A DNA stretch of 39,587 nt from Candidatus Moraniibacteriota bacterium (GTDB taxonomy: Bacteria; Patescibacteriota; Minisyncoccia; Moranbacterales; UBA1568): positions 1 to 39,587 of the forward strand of contig JAYRFE010000070.1 of the NCBI GenBank assembly GCA_041908545.1, given 5' to 3'. Each line of letters opens with the position of its first letter. The stretch's first letter is position 1. Below the pieces are notes generated by a model. The model was not told the DNA's origin and did no database searches. It saw only the letters and a program-made list of their open reading frames with translations. The translations under genes were made by a program, and so were the position numbers. Positions 38,586-39,587 of the stretch are shown here, piece after piece.

Positions 38586-38665
38586 GGGGAGGGTGCTTTT
38601 GGCTTTTTTCCTTGCGACGTGTTCGGAAACACCGGCATCAGAAAAAAGCCAAAAGCACCCTCCCC
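38586..38665. repeat. Hairpin repeat copy g (orientation A), the best-preserved copy
   Basis: GGGGAGGGTGCTTTTGGCTTTTTT-CCTTGCgacGTGTTcggaAACACcGGCATCAG-AAAAAAGCCAAAAGCACCCTCCCC. The arms are 24/24 perfect Watson-Crick pairs. Confidence 0.9.
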
Positions 38666-38716
38666 GCTCCACAAGGCTCCATGCCAGAGCTCAGGGCCTA
38701 TCCCGATAGGGTCTAA

Positions 38717-38736
38717 ATAGCGGTTTCAACCGCTGT
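38717..38736. repeat. AGCGGTT..AACCGCT palindrome, copy 2
   Basis: ATAGCGGTT-TC-AACCGCTGT, nested within GGTCTA...TAGACC (38710-38745). Confidence 0.6.
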
Positions 38737-38766
38737 CTACTAGACCGACACGTTTTAAGCCATTTT

Positions 38767-38786
38767 GTAGCGGTTGAACCGCTATC
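38767..38786. repeat. AGCGGTT..AACCGCT palindrome, copy 3
   Basis: GTAGCGGTT-G-AACCGCTATC, nested within CCGACA...TGTCGG. It lies 15 nt downstream of the LamG-gene stop on the minus strand. Confidence 0.6.
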
Positions 38787-38800
38787 ACGTTGTCGGCAGG

Positions 38801-39587
38801 TTAGCGGCCGAGATTATAGAGATTCGTGACTTCCGTTTGAGTGAAAGCCCGACTATACAGACGGACTTCATCGATACCACCGGAACTGTATGTCGCAAGC
38901 GTCTGATCTCTGCCAATTTCGAAGTTATCGCTTGATGCTTGTGTCGCAGCCGGGATAGTATTACTGAATGTCAGAGACTGCTGCACACCGTCCAAATAGG
39001 CCTTGGCCCGGTTTGCATTCCCCGATAGATTCCCGTCGAATACGAAGACGACGTGATGCCAATCGGTATCATTCGAATTGAAATATCCGTAACTGTTCAC
39101 TCCGCCACCAGTCCCGACATTCACATATGCCCTCCCATCATTGTAAAAGTTGATACTGAAAGTCCGACCTGCGTTTGTCGTTTTTCCTACTGTAAGATGT
39201 GCGTTCGACGCGCCACGCTTGAACCAGCCGGAAAGCGTCACCGTCGAAGCCCCATCGACCGCATTGACATCGCCAGCCGAGACATAGTCATCGTTCCCGT
39301 CAAAACTCAAGGCCTGACCGATCTTGCCGAGAGCGACGGTCGGACCATTAGTAAGAGTACCGTTGTTTCCTACACCACTTCGATCAAAGGCGGTCGTGCC
39401 GGAAACATCCGGACCATTGAAAGACCAATAGCCCTTAAGACCGGTATCGGGATTGTCCGGCGCGGTCGATTGGTAGAGTTTGGCGATTTCTTCAGCGGAG
39501 AGTGAGCGATTATAGAGACGGACCTCATCGATGATTCCCGTCCAATACGTATAAGACGACCCATTTGACCTCCCTATCGCAAACTTC
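38801..39587 (-). CDS. LamG/concanavalin-A-like lectin repeat protein, 3' part only (gene continues past the window end)
   Basis: The C-terminal domain ends ...GGIDEVRLYSRAFTQTEVTNLYNLGR. Hand translation upstream of the ORF-track start stays open to 39587 and shows a preceding repeat (...GIIDEVRLYNRSLSAEEIAKLYQS...GLKGYWSFNG...ALSFDGNDDYV). Confidence 0.8.
   Translation of the reverse strand, partial: KFAIGRSNGSSYTYWTGIIDEVRLYNRSLSAEEIAKLYQSTAPDNPDTGLKGYWSFNGPDVSGTTAFDRSGVGNNGTLTNGPTVALGKIGQALSFDGNDDYVSAGDVNAVDGASTVTLSGWFKRGASNAHLTVGKTTNAGRTFSINFYNDGRAYVNVGTGGGVNSYGYFNSNDTDWHHVVFVFDGNLSGNANRAKAYLDGVQQSLTFSNTIPAATQASSDNFEIGRDQTLATYSSGGIDEVRLYSRAFTQTEVTNLYNLGR

Overview
This is a 39.6-kb chromosomal segment, densely packed with housekeeping and cell-envelope genes. 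The gene content suggests a small-genome Patescibacteria/CPR-like bacterium, but that is inference only. It rests on a 7.3-kb Kelch-like/FN3 surface-protein gene followed by a MacB-type ABC pair, a LamG-repeat protein, two GT39/PMT-like membrane glycosyltransferases, an O-antigen-ligase-like protein, groEL without groES, and tRNA-Ile/tRNA-Ala outside an rRNA operon. The genetic code looks standard, since TGA, TAG and TAA each end recognisable genes. From left to right the window contains: a 20% GC flank; a five-tRNA operon on the minus strand (Ala-Ile-fMet-like-Met-Asp); dprA-topA; a yjbQ-family gene with an in-frame amber codon; an orphan consensus promoter driving a structured, ORF-poor ~200-nt transcript; DUF1294 and a metallophosphoesterase; groEL with a CIRCE operator; the ABC permease and ATPase; the giant surface-protein gene, whose signal-peptide exon is one nucleotide out of frame; ychF; a glycan/envelope block (GT4, rtcB, O-antigen-ligase-like, HD hydrolase, hemerythrin-like, Tmk-like kinase, flippase, two GT39); rnhB; dnaE; miaA; and the 3' part of a LamG-repeat gene. 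The most unusual signal is a family of at least 7 hairpin elements, each 76-80 nt. Each has a conserved ~32-nt centre (CCTTGC-NN-[6-bp mini-stem]-CRGA-[mini-stem']-GGCATCAG) between T5-6/A5-6 runs and 16-18-nt arms. The arms differ completely between copies but are self-complementary within each copy. Four copies in alternating orientation fill the dnaE-miaA spacer, and one copy lies in frame inside the O-antigen-ligase-like ORF. A second unexplained locus at 26839-27155 has a 12-bp terminal helix ending in ACCA, followed by a terminator. I found no CRISPR array, rRNA gene, transposase or integrase in the window.
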